From positions 31,997-95,996 of the forward strand of contig JACKCJ010000009.1 of assembly GCA_020634075.1 (NCBI GenBank): DNA of 64,000 nt. Reading direction: 5' to 3'. A program made the position numbers and the translations under genes. The notes beneath the pieces were generated by a model, which saw only the letters and a program-made list of their open reading frames with translations, was not told where the DNA came from and searched no databases. Positions 30,612-39,203 of the stretch are shown piece by piece. The number at the start of each line of letters is the position of its first letter. The stretch's first letter is position 1. This DNA is from Dehalococcoidia bacterium. Its GTDB lineage: Bacteria > Chloroflexota > Dehalococcoidia > UBA2979.

Positions 30612-32998
30612 TGGCCTCGGCGCCAACGTTCGACCAGCTGCTCGCCCGCACCCCCCAGAACGAGGTGGCCCCCGAGACGCGCGCGTCCGCCTGGCGCTCG
30701 TGGGAATCGTGGATCACGTTCGCCCTGATCGTGTTCGTGCAACTTCCGGTCGTCGGCTCGCTCCAGTCCTCGGAGTGGGTCCGTGAGATGCCGAATCTCA
30801 TGGTCCCCGCGCTGGCCGGTCTGCTCCTCGCGTGGACTGTCGGACATAGCCGCCTCGGCGGTCTCGCTTCCGCAGCCATCGCCACCGTCGCCGGCGCCGC
30901 GCTCGTCGTCGGCATGGTCATGCACACCATGATCCTCGCGCTGCCGACCTCGGCCGGGCTGTCCGGTCGCTGGTACGAGCTGCGGCTCCGCCTGTGGGAG
31001 TGGGGCAAGGCGCTCATCGGCGAGGGGATCTCCGCCGACCCGCTGCCCTTCGTCGTGATGCTCGTCTCCGCGGTCTTCCTCGTGGGGTTCATCTCGACGT
31101 GGGCCGTCGTGCGGTGGAAGAACCCTTGGGTCGCGCTCATCCCCGGCGGCTTCGTCCTGCTGACCAACATCTCCTACCTCCCGGGGCAGCCCTCCTTCTC
31201 ATTCGTCGTGTTCCTCGTCGCCGCGATCCTGCTCGTCGCGCGGCTGACGTTCCTCCAGTCTGCCTCGGTGTGGCGCAGCCAGGGCGTCGCGCCGCGCGAG
31301 GGCATGTCGCTGGAGGTGCTCTTCGTCGGCGCAATCGTGGCGTCGGGTCTCATCCTCGCCGCGTGGCTCATCCCGACGGCGAACAACTTCGGGCCCGCCG
31401 CCGATCTGTGGGGACGCGCCTTCTCGCCGGTCGCCGACCGCGTCGATGTCCTCGGGCGGCTGTTCATCGGCGTCGGCTCGAAGAAGCCGATCCCCGTGCA
31501 CTCGATGGACGCGGTGCTGCCCCTGCAGGGCCGCGTCGGCCTCGACGAGGTCGTCCTGTACGAGGTCGTCGCGCCCGAGGAGCTCAACCTCCGCGGCGCG
31601 GTCTACGACGAGTACACGGGGGCGGGCTGGCGGGTCTCGCGCGCCTCGGCGGTGCCGCTCGTCGGGACGACGGTCGAGGCCGCGCAGCTCGGGACGCCCT
31701 CGAGCCGCGCCCAGGTCCGCGACGCGGTGCGGGTGGACATCACCGTGGTGGACGAGTCGGCGCCCGGGAACGTCCTGCTGAGCGCCGGCGACCCCATCGC
31801 CAGCGACCAGGACGCGAACCTCATCGTCGACGACGTCGGCGGGCCGCTTCAGCTCCGCCCCGACTCCGGCATGACCGAGGGCGACACCTATTCCACCGTC
31901 GGGACGCGTTCGGCCGCGGCGGAGGACACGCTGGCCACCGCCGGCACGGTCTACCCGGCGGATATCCTCGACCGCTACCTCGACCTCCCGAGGGACGTGC
32001 CACCCGAGGTGGGCGACCTCGCCCGCGAGGTCGCGGGCAACGCGGCAAACCCGTACGAGGCGGCGCGCCTCATCGAGACCTACCTGCGCCAGAACTACAC
32101 GTTCAGCTACGACATCCCGACGCCGCCCGCCGGGCGCGACGCCGTCGCGAACTTCCTCTTCGAGTCGAAGACCGGGTACTTCGACATCTTCGCGTCCTCG
32201 ATGGCCGTGATGCTGCGCGAGCTCGGCGTTCCGACGCGCGTGGCGGTGGGATTCGCGCTCGACGACTCCGACTACAACTCGGCGACGAAGGCGTACAGCG
32301 TCACCGAGGAGCAGGCGTGGACGTGGCCCGAGGTGTTCTTCCCGGGCCTCGGCTGGGTGGAGTTCAACCCGACGCCGAGCCGTGACCTCCTCGCGCGCCC
32401 CGGCGATGACAGCGAGGCGCGCGCCGCGGCCGCGAGCGAGTTCGATGACCTGCCGTTCAGCGACGACGAGCTGTTCGCCGAGGTCACCAGCGACGGCGTC
32501 CCGGCCGAGCTCGACTTCGACACCGCGGCCTCCGAGGAGAGCGCATGGGTCGGCCTGGTCGCGAAGCTGATCGGCTGGGCGCTCGTCGCCGCCACCGTGC
32601 TCCTCGTCCTCGTCGTCGTGGTACGCCTGCTGTGGAACCGCATGTTCCGCCACCTCGATGTCCCCGCACGCCGCTGGGCGAAGGTGCAACTGCTCGCGAC
32701 GATCGCCGGCCTGCGTCCCGCCGAGGACCGCACACCCATCGAGGAAGCCGACGACCTCGCCACGCGGGTGGGACACCCCGACGCCCTGCGCGCCCTCGCC
32801 CGCTCATACACGCGCTCGCGCTACGGCGGCCCCGAGGCTGCGACCGAGACCGACGAGGAAGCGACCGCGCTGGACGATCACTACCGCGCGGTACGCGGTG
32901 TCCTCTGGCGTCGGATATTCACGCGGGTGCGCCGGCTCGGGCGCGTCGAGGGCGGCCCGCTAGCGCGGCGGCGTGCTGCCGTTGGGACCGCTCGGTAG
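30611..32998 (+). CDS. transglutaminase-like multi-pass membrane protein (TgpA-type architecture), catalytic residues substituted
   Basis: ATG 30611 overlaps the DUF58 stop by 1 nt. Multiple N-terminal TM helices. Transglut_core-like segment GYFDIFASSMAVMLRELGVPTRVAVGF...QAWTWPEVFFPGLGWVEFNPT. Confidence 0.85.
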   Translation: MASAPTFDQLLARTPQNEVAPETRASAWRSWESWITFALIVFVQLPVVGSLQSSEWVREMPNLMVPALAGLLLAWTVGHSRLGGLASAAIATVAGAALVVGMVMHTMILALPTSAGLSGRWYELRLRLWEWGKALIGEGISADPLPFVVMLVSAVFLVGFISTWAVVRWKNPWVALIPGGFVLLTNISYLPGQPSFSFVVFLVAAILLVARLTFLQSASVWRSQGVAPREGMSLEVLFVGAIVASGLILAAWLIPTANNFGPAADLWGRAFSPVADRVDVLGRLFIGVGSKKPIPVHSMDAVLPLQGRVGLDEVVLYEVVAPEELNLRGAVYDEYTGAGWRVSRASAVPLVGTTVEAAQLGTPSSRAQVRDAVRVDITVVDESAPGNVLLSAGDPIASDQDANLIVDDVGGPLQLRPDSGMTEGDTYSTVGTRSAAAEDTLATAGTVYPADILDRYLDLPRDVPPEVGDLAREVAGNAANPYEAARLIETYLRQNYTFSYDIPTPPAGRDAVANFLFESKTGYFDIFASSMAVMLRELGVPTRVAVGFALDDSDYNSATKAYSVTEEQAWTWPEVFFPGLGWVEFNPTPSRDLLARPGDDSEARAAAASEFDDLPFSDDELFAEVTSDGVPAELDFDTAASEESAWVGLVAKLIGWALVAATVLLVLVVVVRLLWNRMFRHLDVPARRWAKVQLLATIAGLRPAEDRTPIEEADDLATRVGHPDALRALARSYTRSRYGGPEAATETDEEATALDDHYRAVRGVLWRRIFTRVRRLGRVEGGPLARRRAAVGTAR

Positions 32999-34786
32999 CG
33001 GGTTCAGCTCGTTCGCTCGCTGCGACAGCTCGAGGATCCGAAGCGCTTCCTCCAGCGATACTTCCGGCCCCAGCTCGCCCAGCGCCTGCTCCAGCGCGCT
33101 CTGGACTTCCTCGAGCGTCGTGAGGCTCGACCCGGCCGGGGAGTCCTGCGCCTCGCCGGGACCGGTACCGGGCTGGGCCGGCTGCTGGGTGTCGCCGTCG
33201 CCGCCGGGCTGGTCGCCCGACTCGCCCGGTTGACCGTCGCTCGGCTCGCCCGCGCCCGGCGTGCCCGGCTCGTCGCCTTCACCGGGCGGCTGGTCGCCGC
33301 CGCCATCCTCGCCCTGTTCGGTGTCGCCCGAGCCCGGCGGAGGGGGCTCGTCTGGAGCGTCCGGCGGCGCGAGGAGCTGCATCACCAGCTCGAGATTCGC
33401 CTTCGCGTCCTGGTCCGACGGATCGATGCGGAGCGCCGCGCGGTAGGCGTCCCGCGCCCCCTCGAGGTTGGACTGTCGGAAGTAGGTGTTTCCGAGCGTG
33501 TACAGGGCAAGCTTCGCGACTTCGCCGTCGCCTGACTCCTGCGCGATTGCACGCGCCTGCTCGGCAGAGGCGATCGCCTCATCCAGGCGGCTGAGGCTGT
33601 GCAGCGCGATCGCGATGTCGTAGTTGATCGCGGCGTCCTCGGGCTGCGCGCTGCCGGCCTGCCGGTACTCGTCGAGCGCCTCCTCGAACCGATCCGCCTC
33701 GTAGGCATCGTTGCCGGCGCGGACGTGCTGCCACGCCGCCGACCCGCAGCCGACGAGGAGCAGTGCGACGAGGGAGGCGAACGCAGCCGTGACGAGCCCA
33801 CCCCGCAGCTGAGGCCGCCGCGTCCCGGCACCCTCGCCGAGCATCGTCGCGACCAGGAGCAGCGCCGCGGCGGCGCCGGCGAACCACGCGAAGCGGTCGA
33901 TCGGCTGGCTGCGCGTGCCTTCGGCGAACTGGGTCTGCTGCAGCCGCCGGAAGTCGACGGCGAGCCCGGGGATGCGCTCGCTCGTACGGAACGAGGCGCC
34001 CGTCTGCTCGGCAATCGCCTGCAGCACGTCGGGCTGCGCGACGCTCACGTCGGTGCCGCCGCTCGCCTCCGGGAGCGCCGTGGGATTCGAGGTGCCGGCG
34101 AAGACGGTGTAGACGCGGATGCCTCGACGCTCCGCGAAGTCGACGGCGTCCTGGAAGTCGCTGCTCAGGTCCTCGCCATCGGAGACGAGGAGGATGGCCT
34201 GTGCCTGCGCCGCGTCCTCCACGTCGAGCAGCCGGAACGACTCCGCGAGCGCCTCCCGGAAGTTCGTCCCCGGGCGGACGAGGGGCGCCTCCGCCTGCGC
34301 GCGCGCGATCAGCGACGTGACGACCGGGAGGTCGACCGTGAGCGGGGCGCGCGGGAACGCATCCCCCGCGAACACGACGAGCCCGACGCGGTTGCCGGTC
34401 ATGTGCGTGAGCATCTCCGCGAGACCCGCCGCCGCGGCACGAGCACGGCTCGGCGTGACGTCCTCCGCTTCCATCGAGCGGGACACGTCGAGCGCGATGA
34501 TCACGTCGATGCCCTGCTGCGGGACCGCCTCCTCGTCCTCGCCCCACTGCGGACGCGCACCCGCGAGCACTGCAAGCGCAACGGCTGCGACCGCGAGCAC
34601 ACCCAGCGACAGACGGAGACGCTCACCCTGGCCACCTCGGAGCGCCGACGCGCCGCCGAGCAGTCGCGAGACGAACCGACGCCGGCGCGCAGCGAAGATC
34701 ACCGCGACGAGCGCCAGGACCGGCATCACCAACCCGGCGAGGAGCCACGGCTGCCCAAAGCCGGCGCCGGCGAGGAGTCCGCTCAC
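32960..34786 (-). CDS. vWA-domain membrane protein fused to TPR repeats (BatB/BatC-like)
   Basis: GTG 34786 in a GTGA overlap with the upstream stop. MIDAS DVSRSM. TPR region (NDAYEADRFEEALDEYRQA...ARDAYRAALRIDP). Acidic Pro/Gly tail. Confidence 0.85.
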   Translation of the reverse strand: MSGLLAGAGFGQPWLLAGLVMPVLALVAVIFAARRRRFVSRLLGGASALRGGQGERLRLSLGVLAVAAVALAVLAGARPQWGEDEEAVPQQGIDVIIALDVSRSMEAEDVTPSRARAAAAGLAEMLTHMTGNRVGLVVFAGDAFPRAPLTVDLPVVTSLIARAQAEAPLVRPGTNFREALAESFRLLDVEDAAQAQAILLVSDGEDLSSDFQDAVDFAERRGIRVYTVFAGTSNPTALPEASGGTDVSVAQPDVLQAIAEQTGASFRTSERIPGLAVDFRRLQQTQFAEGTRSQPIDRFAWFAGAAAALLLVATMLGEGAGTRRPQLRGGLVTAAFASLVALLLVGCGSAAWQHVRAGNDAYEADRFEEALDEYRQAGSAQPEDAAINYDIAIALHSLSRLDEAIASAEQARAIAQESGDGEVAKLALYTLGNTYFRQSNLEGARDAYRAALRIDPSDQDAKANLELVMQLLAPPDAPDEPPPPGSGDTEQGEDGGGDQPPGEGDEPGTPGAGEPSDGQPGESGDQPGGDGDTQQPAQPGTGPGEAQDSPAGSSLTTLEEVQSALEQALGELGPEVSLEEALRILELSQRANELNPLPSGPNGSTPPR

Positions 34787-35727
34787 GGGTGCCTCCTCAG
34801 CCACGTGGAGCGCAGCAGCAGCTCTCCCAGCACGAGCCCGGCCGCGACAAACGCCAGCCACGGCCCGTACTCCCGCCACGCGATGAACTCGCGCTCGCCG
34901 ATCCGTGAACGCTCGAGGGCACCGATCTCGGCGTAGGCCTCCTCGAGGTCCTCGGGCGTCCGTGCGTCGAAGTACGCACCGTCAGTCAGGTCCGCCATCT
35001 CCTGCAGCGCGGGGACGTCGACGTCCTGCGAACCGGGGCCCGCGAAGCCGATCGTGTAGACGCGCACGCCGAGGGCCTGCGCGACGCGCGCCGCGGCAAA
35101 CGGCTCGATCTCGCCGGCGTTGTTCTCCCCGTCGGTCAGGAGCACGATCACGCGACTCCGGGCCTGCGAGTCCTCGAGCAGCGACACGCCCTCGGTGATC
35201 CCGAGGCCGATCGCGGTGCCGTCCTCGATCAGCCCGGGGCCGAGGCCGTCGATGCGTCGCTGGATCGCATCGACGTCATTCGTCAGCGGCGAGAGCGTGA
35301 GCGCACGCGCCTGGAAGGCGACGAGCCCGAGCCGGTCGCCCTCGAGCGTGCCGGCGAAGTCGTCGAGGACGCGGCGGGCCGCCTGCAGCCGGGTCTCCTC
35401 CGCGCTCGCGGACTGCGACATCGAGCTCGACACGTCGACGACCGCGACGATGTCGATGCCTTCCTCGGGCAGCGAGGTGACGGCGAGGCCCTCGCGGGGA
35501 CGCGCGGCAGCGAGGATCAGCAGCAGGATCGCGAACGCGCGGATCACGTCGGGGAGGCGGCGAAGCCGCGTCCGGAGCGTCGCGGCCGACGCGGCGGCCA
35601 GCGGCCCGGCGTCCGCGACGACCGCCGCGGGCCGTTCCTGCAGGAACAGCGACGCGAGGATGCCGACGGCTGGCACCACGGCCAGCAAGACGAGCGGCGT
35701 CGCGAACTCGACGGCGGACCAGTTCAC
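34783..35727 (-). CDS. vWA-domain membrane protein (BatA-like)
   Basis: GTG 35727 preceded by GGGGGAG; ATG 35760 is an alternative start. N-terminal TM pair. MIDAS VVDVSSSMSQ. Confidence 0.85.
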   Translation of the reverse strand: MNWSAVEFATPLVLLAVVPAVGILASLFLQERPAAVVADAGPLAAASAATLRTRLRRLPDVIRAFAILLLILAAARPREGLAVTSLPEEGIDIVAVVDVSSSMSQSASAEETRLQAARRVLDDFAGTLEGDRLGLVAFQARALTLSPLTNDVDAIQRRIDGLGPGLIEDGTAIGLGITEGVSLLEDSQARSRVIVLLTDGENNAGEIEPFAAARVAQALGVRVYTIGFAGPGSQDVDVPALQEMADLTDGAYFDARTPEDLEEAYAEIGALERSRIGEREFIAWREYGPWLAFVAAGLVLGELLLRSTWLRRHP

Positions 35728-35740
35728 GCCGCTCCCCCGC

Positions 35741-36730
35741 TCACGAGGCCACCCGCTCATCCTCGGTGGCGCCGTCGACGGCATCGCCGTCGATCCGCGG
35801 ACGGGACAGCTCGACGATCTCGAACGCGACGGTGAGGTCGTGGTCGGCGGACGCAGGATCGGGGTACTGCCGCGCGTAGACCGCGCGGTCGCAGCGATCG
35901 AGGAGCCCGCTCACGAGCCGCGCCTGCCAGCGGTCGACGCCGTGCGAGGTCATCCGTGCCTCGAGCTCCCTCGAAGTGAGCGCGGTCGCGTTGAAGCCGA
36001 ACCGCGCGGCGAGGTACTCGCGGACGACCGCTGCGATGGTGCCGTAGAAGCGCTGGAACTCGGCCTCCTCGGGCAGTCGGGCGTGCTGGACCGCGGCCAG
36101 CCGCTCACGGGCGGACTGCTCAGGGGTATCGACTGGACGCTCCTCCGCCTCAGGCTCCCCTCGACGCAGGCGGCGCACGCCGAGCACGGCCAATGCGACG
36201 AGCACCAGGGCCCCGAGGAGAATCGCGCCGGGCAGGAGCCACGCCGGCGGCGCGCCCTCGATGGCGAGGGGCGGCTTCAGCGGCCGCAGCGCCTCGTCGC
36301 CCGGCTGACGCACCGAGAGCACGGTGATCTGCGCACCCGGCACAGCGAACTCGCCGCCGGTGCCGTCCTCCTGGATCCAGCGCACCGGAACCGGCCCCGA
36401 CTCGATCGGCCCGAGGTTGAAGAGCTGGTAGAGGAACGTCGTCTCGGTGGCCTGGCGTCCGTCGGGCAACGTCGAGGTGATCGTTTCGCCGTCGTTGAGG
36501 ACCTCGGCATCGGCGATCTCGGGCAGAGGCACCGTGACGACGATGCTGTCGGGGTGCTCGATGCGGACGACGAGCGTGGCCCGATCGCCGATGGTGGCGT
36601 TGCTCTCCGTGAAGCGCACCACCGCGGTGACGCCGTCGGGCGCTTGCTGCGCCGACGCCGCGGCCGGCATGCCGGCCAGGGCGAGGCCCGCCACGAAGCT
36701 GAGCACGAAGGCGAGACGCCGGGCGGTCAC
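35741..36730 (-). CDS. BatD/DUF4381-like membrane protein (signal peptide, one internal TM)
   Basis: GTG 36730 in a GTGA overlap with the DUF58 stop. Family call is based on architecture and operon position; sequence similarity was not tested. Confidence 0.6.
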   Translation of the reverse strand: MTARRLAFVLSFVAGLALAGMPAAASAQQAPDGVTAVVRFTESNATIGDRATLVVRIEHPDSIVVTVPLPEIADAEVLNDGETITSTLPDGRQATETTFLYQLFNLGPIESGPVPVRWIQEDGTGGEFAVPGAQITVLSVRQPGDEALRPLKPPLAIEGAPPAWLLPGAILLGALVLVALAVLGVRRLRRGEPEAEERPVDTPEQSARERLAAVQHARLPEEAEFQRFYGTIAAVVREYLAARFGFNATALTSRELEARMTSHGVDRWQARLVSGLLDRCDRAVYARQYPDPASADHDLTVAFEIVELSRPRIDGDAVDGATEDERVAS

Positions 36731-37659
36731 GCGGACACCTGTGCGCGTCGGCGGAAGAACGACGCCACCGGCTCGACGACATCGCTGTCGGGGTCGCCAT
36801 CGAGGTGGATCGCGATGCGGTCCACTCCGGCGCGGCTCAGCCGCAGGTCGCGGGCGGCGGCGCGCTGCGCCGCGGCCTCGCGATACGCCTCGCGCACCCG
36901 CCGGCTACCGCTGTCGACGACGAGACGCCGCCCGGTCTCGGCGTCGAGGACATCCAGCAGCCCCACATCCGGCAGTTCGAGGTCGAGCGGATCGATGAGC
37001 GTCAACGCGATCACGTCGTGGCGACGCGCGAGCGTCTGGAGGGACTGCGCGTAGCCGCTCGTGAAGAAGTCTGAGATCACGAACACCACCGACCGCCGCC
37101 GCAGCACCCGGGCGAGGTGGTCGAGCGCGGGAGCCATCGCTGTGCCGCGCCCCGGGGCGATGTCCGCGAGGAGCACGTCGCGGACCTGTCGCAGCACGTG
37201 CCGGGTGCCACGTCGCGGTTCCACGTAGGCGTCGACGCCGTCGCTGAATGTGAGCAGCCCCGTGCGGTCGTTGTTGTACGCAGCGGAGAAGCCGAGCAGC
37301 GCGACCAGTTCGGCGGCCGCGCCAAGGCGCCCGCGCTCGGGGGTCGCCGCCAGCATCGAAGGGGAGCGATCCACGACGGAGATGACGGAGAGGTCGCGTT
37401 CCTCGACGAACTCCTTCACCCACGGCGTCCCCATGCGCGCGGTGACGTTCCAGTCGATGCGACGCACATCGTCGCCCGGCACGTACTCGCGCGCCTCGGC
37501 GAACTCGATGCCGGAGCCACGGAAGACGGAGCGATAGTTCCCCGCGACACCGGAGGCCGCGAGCTTCCTCGTGCGGATCTCGATGCCGCGCACGCGGCTC
37601 ATGAGTCCGGGGGTGATGAGGCCCGGCGGAATCGTCGGCTGGGAAGCAGGGGAGGCCAT
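36727..37659 (-). CDS. DUF58-family protein (vWA-like)
   Basis: REYVPGDDVRRIDWNVTAR signature and a DRSPSM MIDAS-like motif. Starts 9 nt after the MoxR stop. Confidence 0.85.
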   Translation of the reverse strand: MASPASQPTIPPGLITPGLMSRVRGIEIRTRKLAASGVAGNYRSVFRGSGIEFAEAREYVPGDDVRRIDWNVTARMGTPWVKEFVEERDLSVISVVDRSPSMLAATPERGRLGAAAELVALLGFSAAYNNDRTGLLTFSDGVDAYVEPRRGTRHVLRQVRDVLLADIAPGRGTAMAPALDHLARVLRRRSVVFVISDFFTSGYAQSLQTLARRHDVIALTLIDPLDLELPDVGLLDVLDAETGRRLVVDSGSRRVREAYREAAAQRAAARDLRLSRAGVDRIAIHLDGDPDSDVVEPVASFFRRRAQVSA

Positions 37660-37668
37660 GGCTCGGCC

Positions 37669-38670
37669 CTAGGGGATGCCGACGCCCTCGAGGAGGCGCG
37701 TCACGACCTGGTCGGCGCTCATGCCCTGCGCCTCCGCCTCGTACGTCAGCACGAGGCGGTGCCGCAGCACATCCGGCGCGATGGCCTTCACATCCTCGGG
37801 GGTCACGTAGTCACGGCCGGCGATGAACGCGTACGCCTGCGCGGCGCGTGCGAGGAACACGGCGGCACGAGGCGACGCGCCGAACTCGATGAACGGCGAC
37901 AGGTCATCGAGACGATGGCGCTGCGGCTCACGGCTCGCCTCGACCAGCCGCACGATGTACTCCCGCAGCCGTTCGTTCAGGTCGACGCGTTTCACCGCCT
38001 CGCGGAGCTGCTCGATCTCGCCGATCGAGATGACGGCACGCGGCTGGTCCCCGTCGCCATCGAGCGCCTGCGCGAGGATGGCGCGCTCCTCGTCCCGCTC
38101 CGGGTAACGCACGACGATCTTCATCATGAAGCGGTCGAGCTGCGCCTCCGGCAGGGGGTAGGTGCCCTCCTGCTCGATCGGGTTCTGAGTGGCGAGCACG
38201 AGGAAGGGACTCGGGAGGTTCAGCGTCTCCCCGCCGATCGACACCGTGCGCTCCTGCATCGCCTCGAGCAGCGCCGACTGGACCTTCGCCGGCGCGCGGT
38301 TGATCTCGTCAGCCAGTACGACGTTCGCGAACACCGGGCCGCGGCGGACGTGGAACTGCCCATCCTGCGGGCTGAAGATCAACGTGCCCGTGACGTCCGC
38401 GGGGAGGAGGTCAGGCGTGAACTGGATCCGCGCGAACGAACACTGGAGGGCCCGCGCGAGCGTCGAGACGGTGAGCGTCTTCGCCAGTCCCGGGACACCC
38501 TCGATCAGCGCGTGGTTGTTGGTCAGCAGCGCGATCAGCAGGCGGTCCACCAGCGCGTGCTGCCCCACGATCACGCGCGCCACCTCGGCGCGGATCGCGT
38601 CGACCTCGCGATGTTGCTGAACCGCGGATGGGGCCTCGAAGGAGTCCGCTGACTCGGCGGCCTGGGCCAT
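37669..38670 (-). CDS. MoxR-family AAA+ ATPase
   Basis: ATG 38670 (MAQAAES). Walker A GVPGLAKT, Walker [31 protein letters not shown]. Confidence 0.92.
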   Translation of the reverse strand: MAQAAESADSFEAPSAVQQHREVDAIRAEVARVIVGQHALVDRLLIALLTNNHALIEGVPGLAKTLTVSTLARALQCSFARIQFTPDLLPADVTGTLIFSPQDGQFHVRRGPVFANVVLADEINRAPAKVQSALLEAMQERTVSIGGETLNLPSPFLVLATQNPIEQEGTYPLPEAQLDRFMMKIVVRYPERDEERAILAQALDGDGDQPRAVISIGEIEQLREAVKRVDLNERLREYIVRLVEASREPQRHRLDDLSPFIEFGASPRAAVFLARAAQAYAFIAGRDYVTPEDVKAIAPDVLRHRLVLTYEAEAQGMSADQVVTRLLEGVGIP

Positions 38671-38810
38671 GAGCGTGTACCTCGGGGTCAGGGTGGGTGA
38701 CCCGAGTGTACCGAAAGCGCGTGCCGCCTGTTGCATCGGCAACGGCCGATCGCTCCGCCATGTCGCGCGGAGCGATAATCATCAGACGAACCGCGCCGAA
38801 GGAGACCGAC

Positions 38811-39203
38811 ATGGCGATGCCCGACTTCGCGACACCGGAGGACTACCTCGCCTCCCTGCCGGAGGCGCAGCGCGCGGGCCTCGAGGTGCTGCGTGAGCGC
38901 ATCCGCAAGGTGCTCCCGAAGGCGACCGAGCGCATGTGGTACAAGATGCCGACCTTCGTGACCGACAAGCCCGTCCTCGCCTACGCGGCGAGCAAGAGCC
39001 ACTCCGGGCTGTACGTCATGAGCACCTCGGTCCTGCCGTCGGTCGCCGATGCGCTGGAGGGCCAGGACTGGGGTGGCGGCACGCTCCGCTTCCCGATCGA
39101 CCGGCCACCGAGCGTCGCGCTCCTGCGGACGATCGCGAAGGCCAAGCTGGCCGAGCTAGAAGCAGCCGCAGAGGCGAAGACCGAACGTACGAAGAAGCGC
39201 TAG
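38811..39203 (+). CDS. DUF1801 (YdhG-like) domain protein
   Basis: ATG 38811 with GAAGGAG SD. PEDYLASLPEAQRAGLEVLRERI...MPTF pattern. Confidence 0.75.
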   Translation: MAMPDFATPEDYLASLPEAQRAGLEVLRERIRKVLPKATERMWYKMPTFVTDKPVLAYAASKSHSGLYVMSTSVLPSVADALEGQDWGGGTLRFPIDRPPSVALLRTIAKAKLAELEAAAEAKTERTKKR

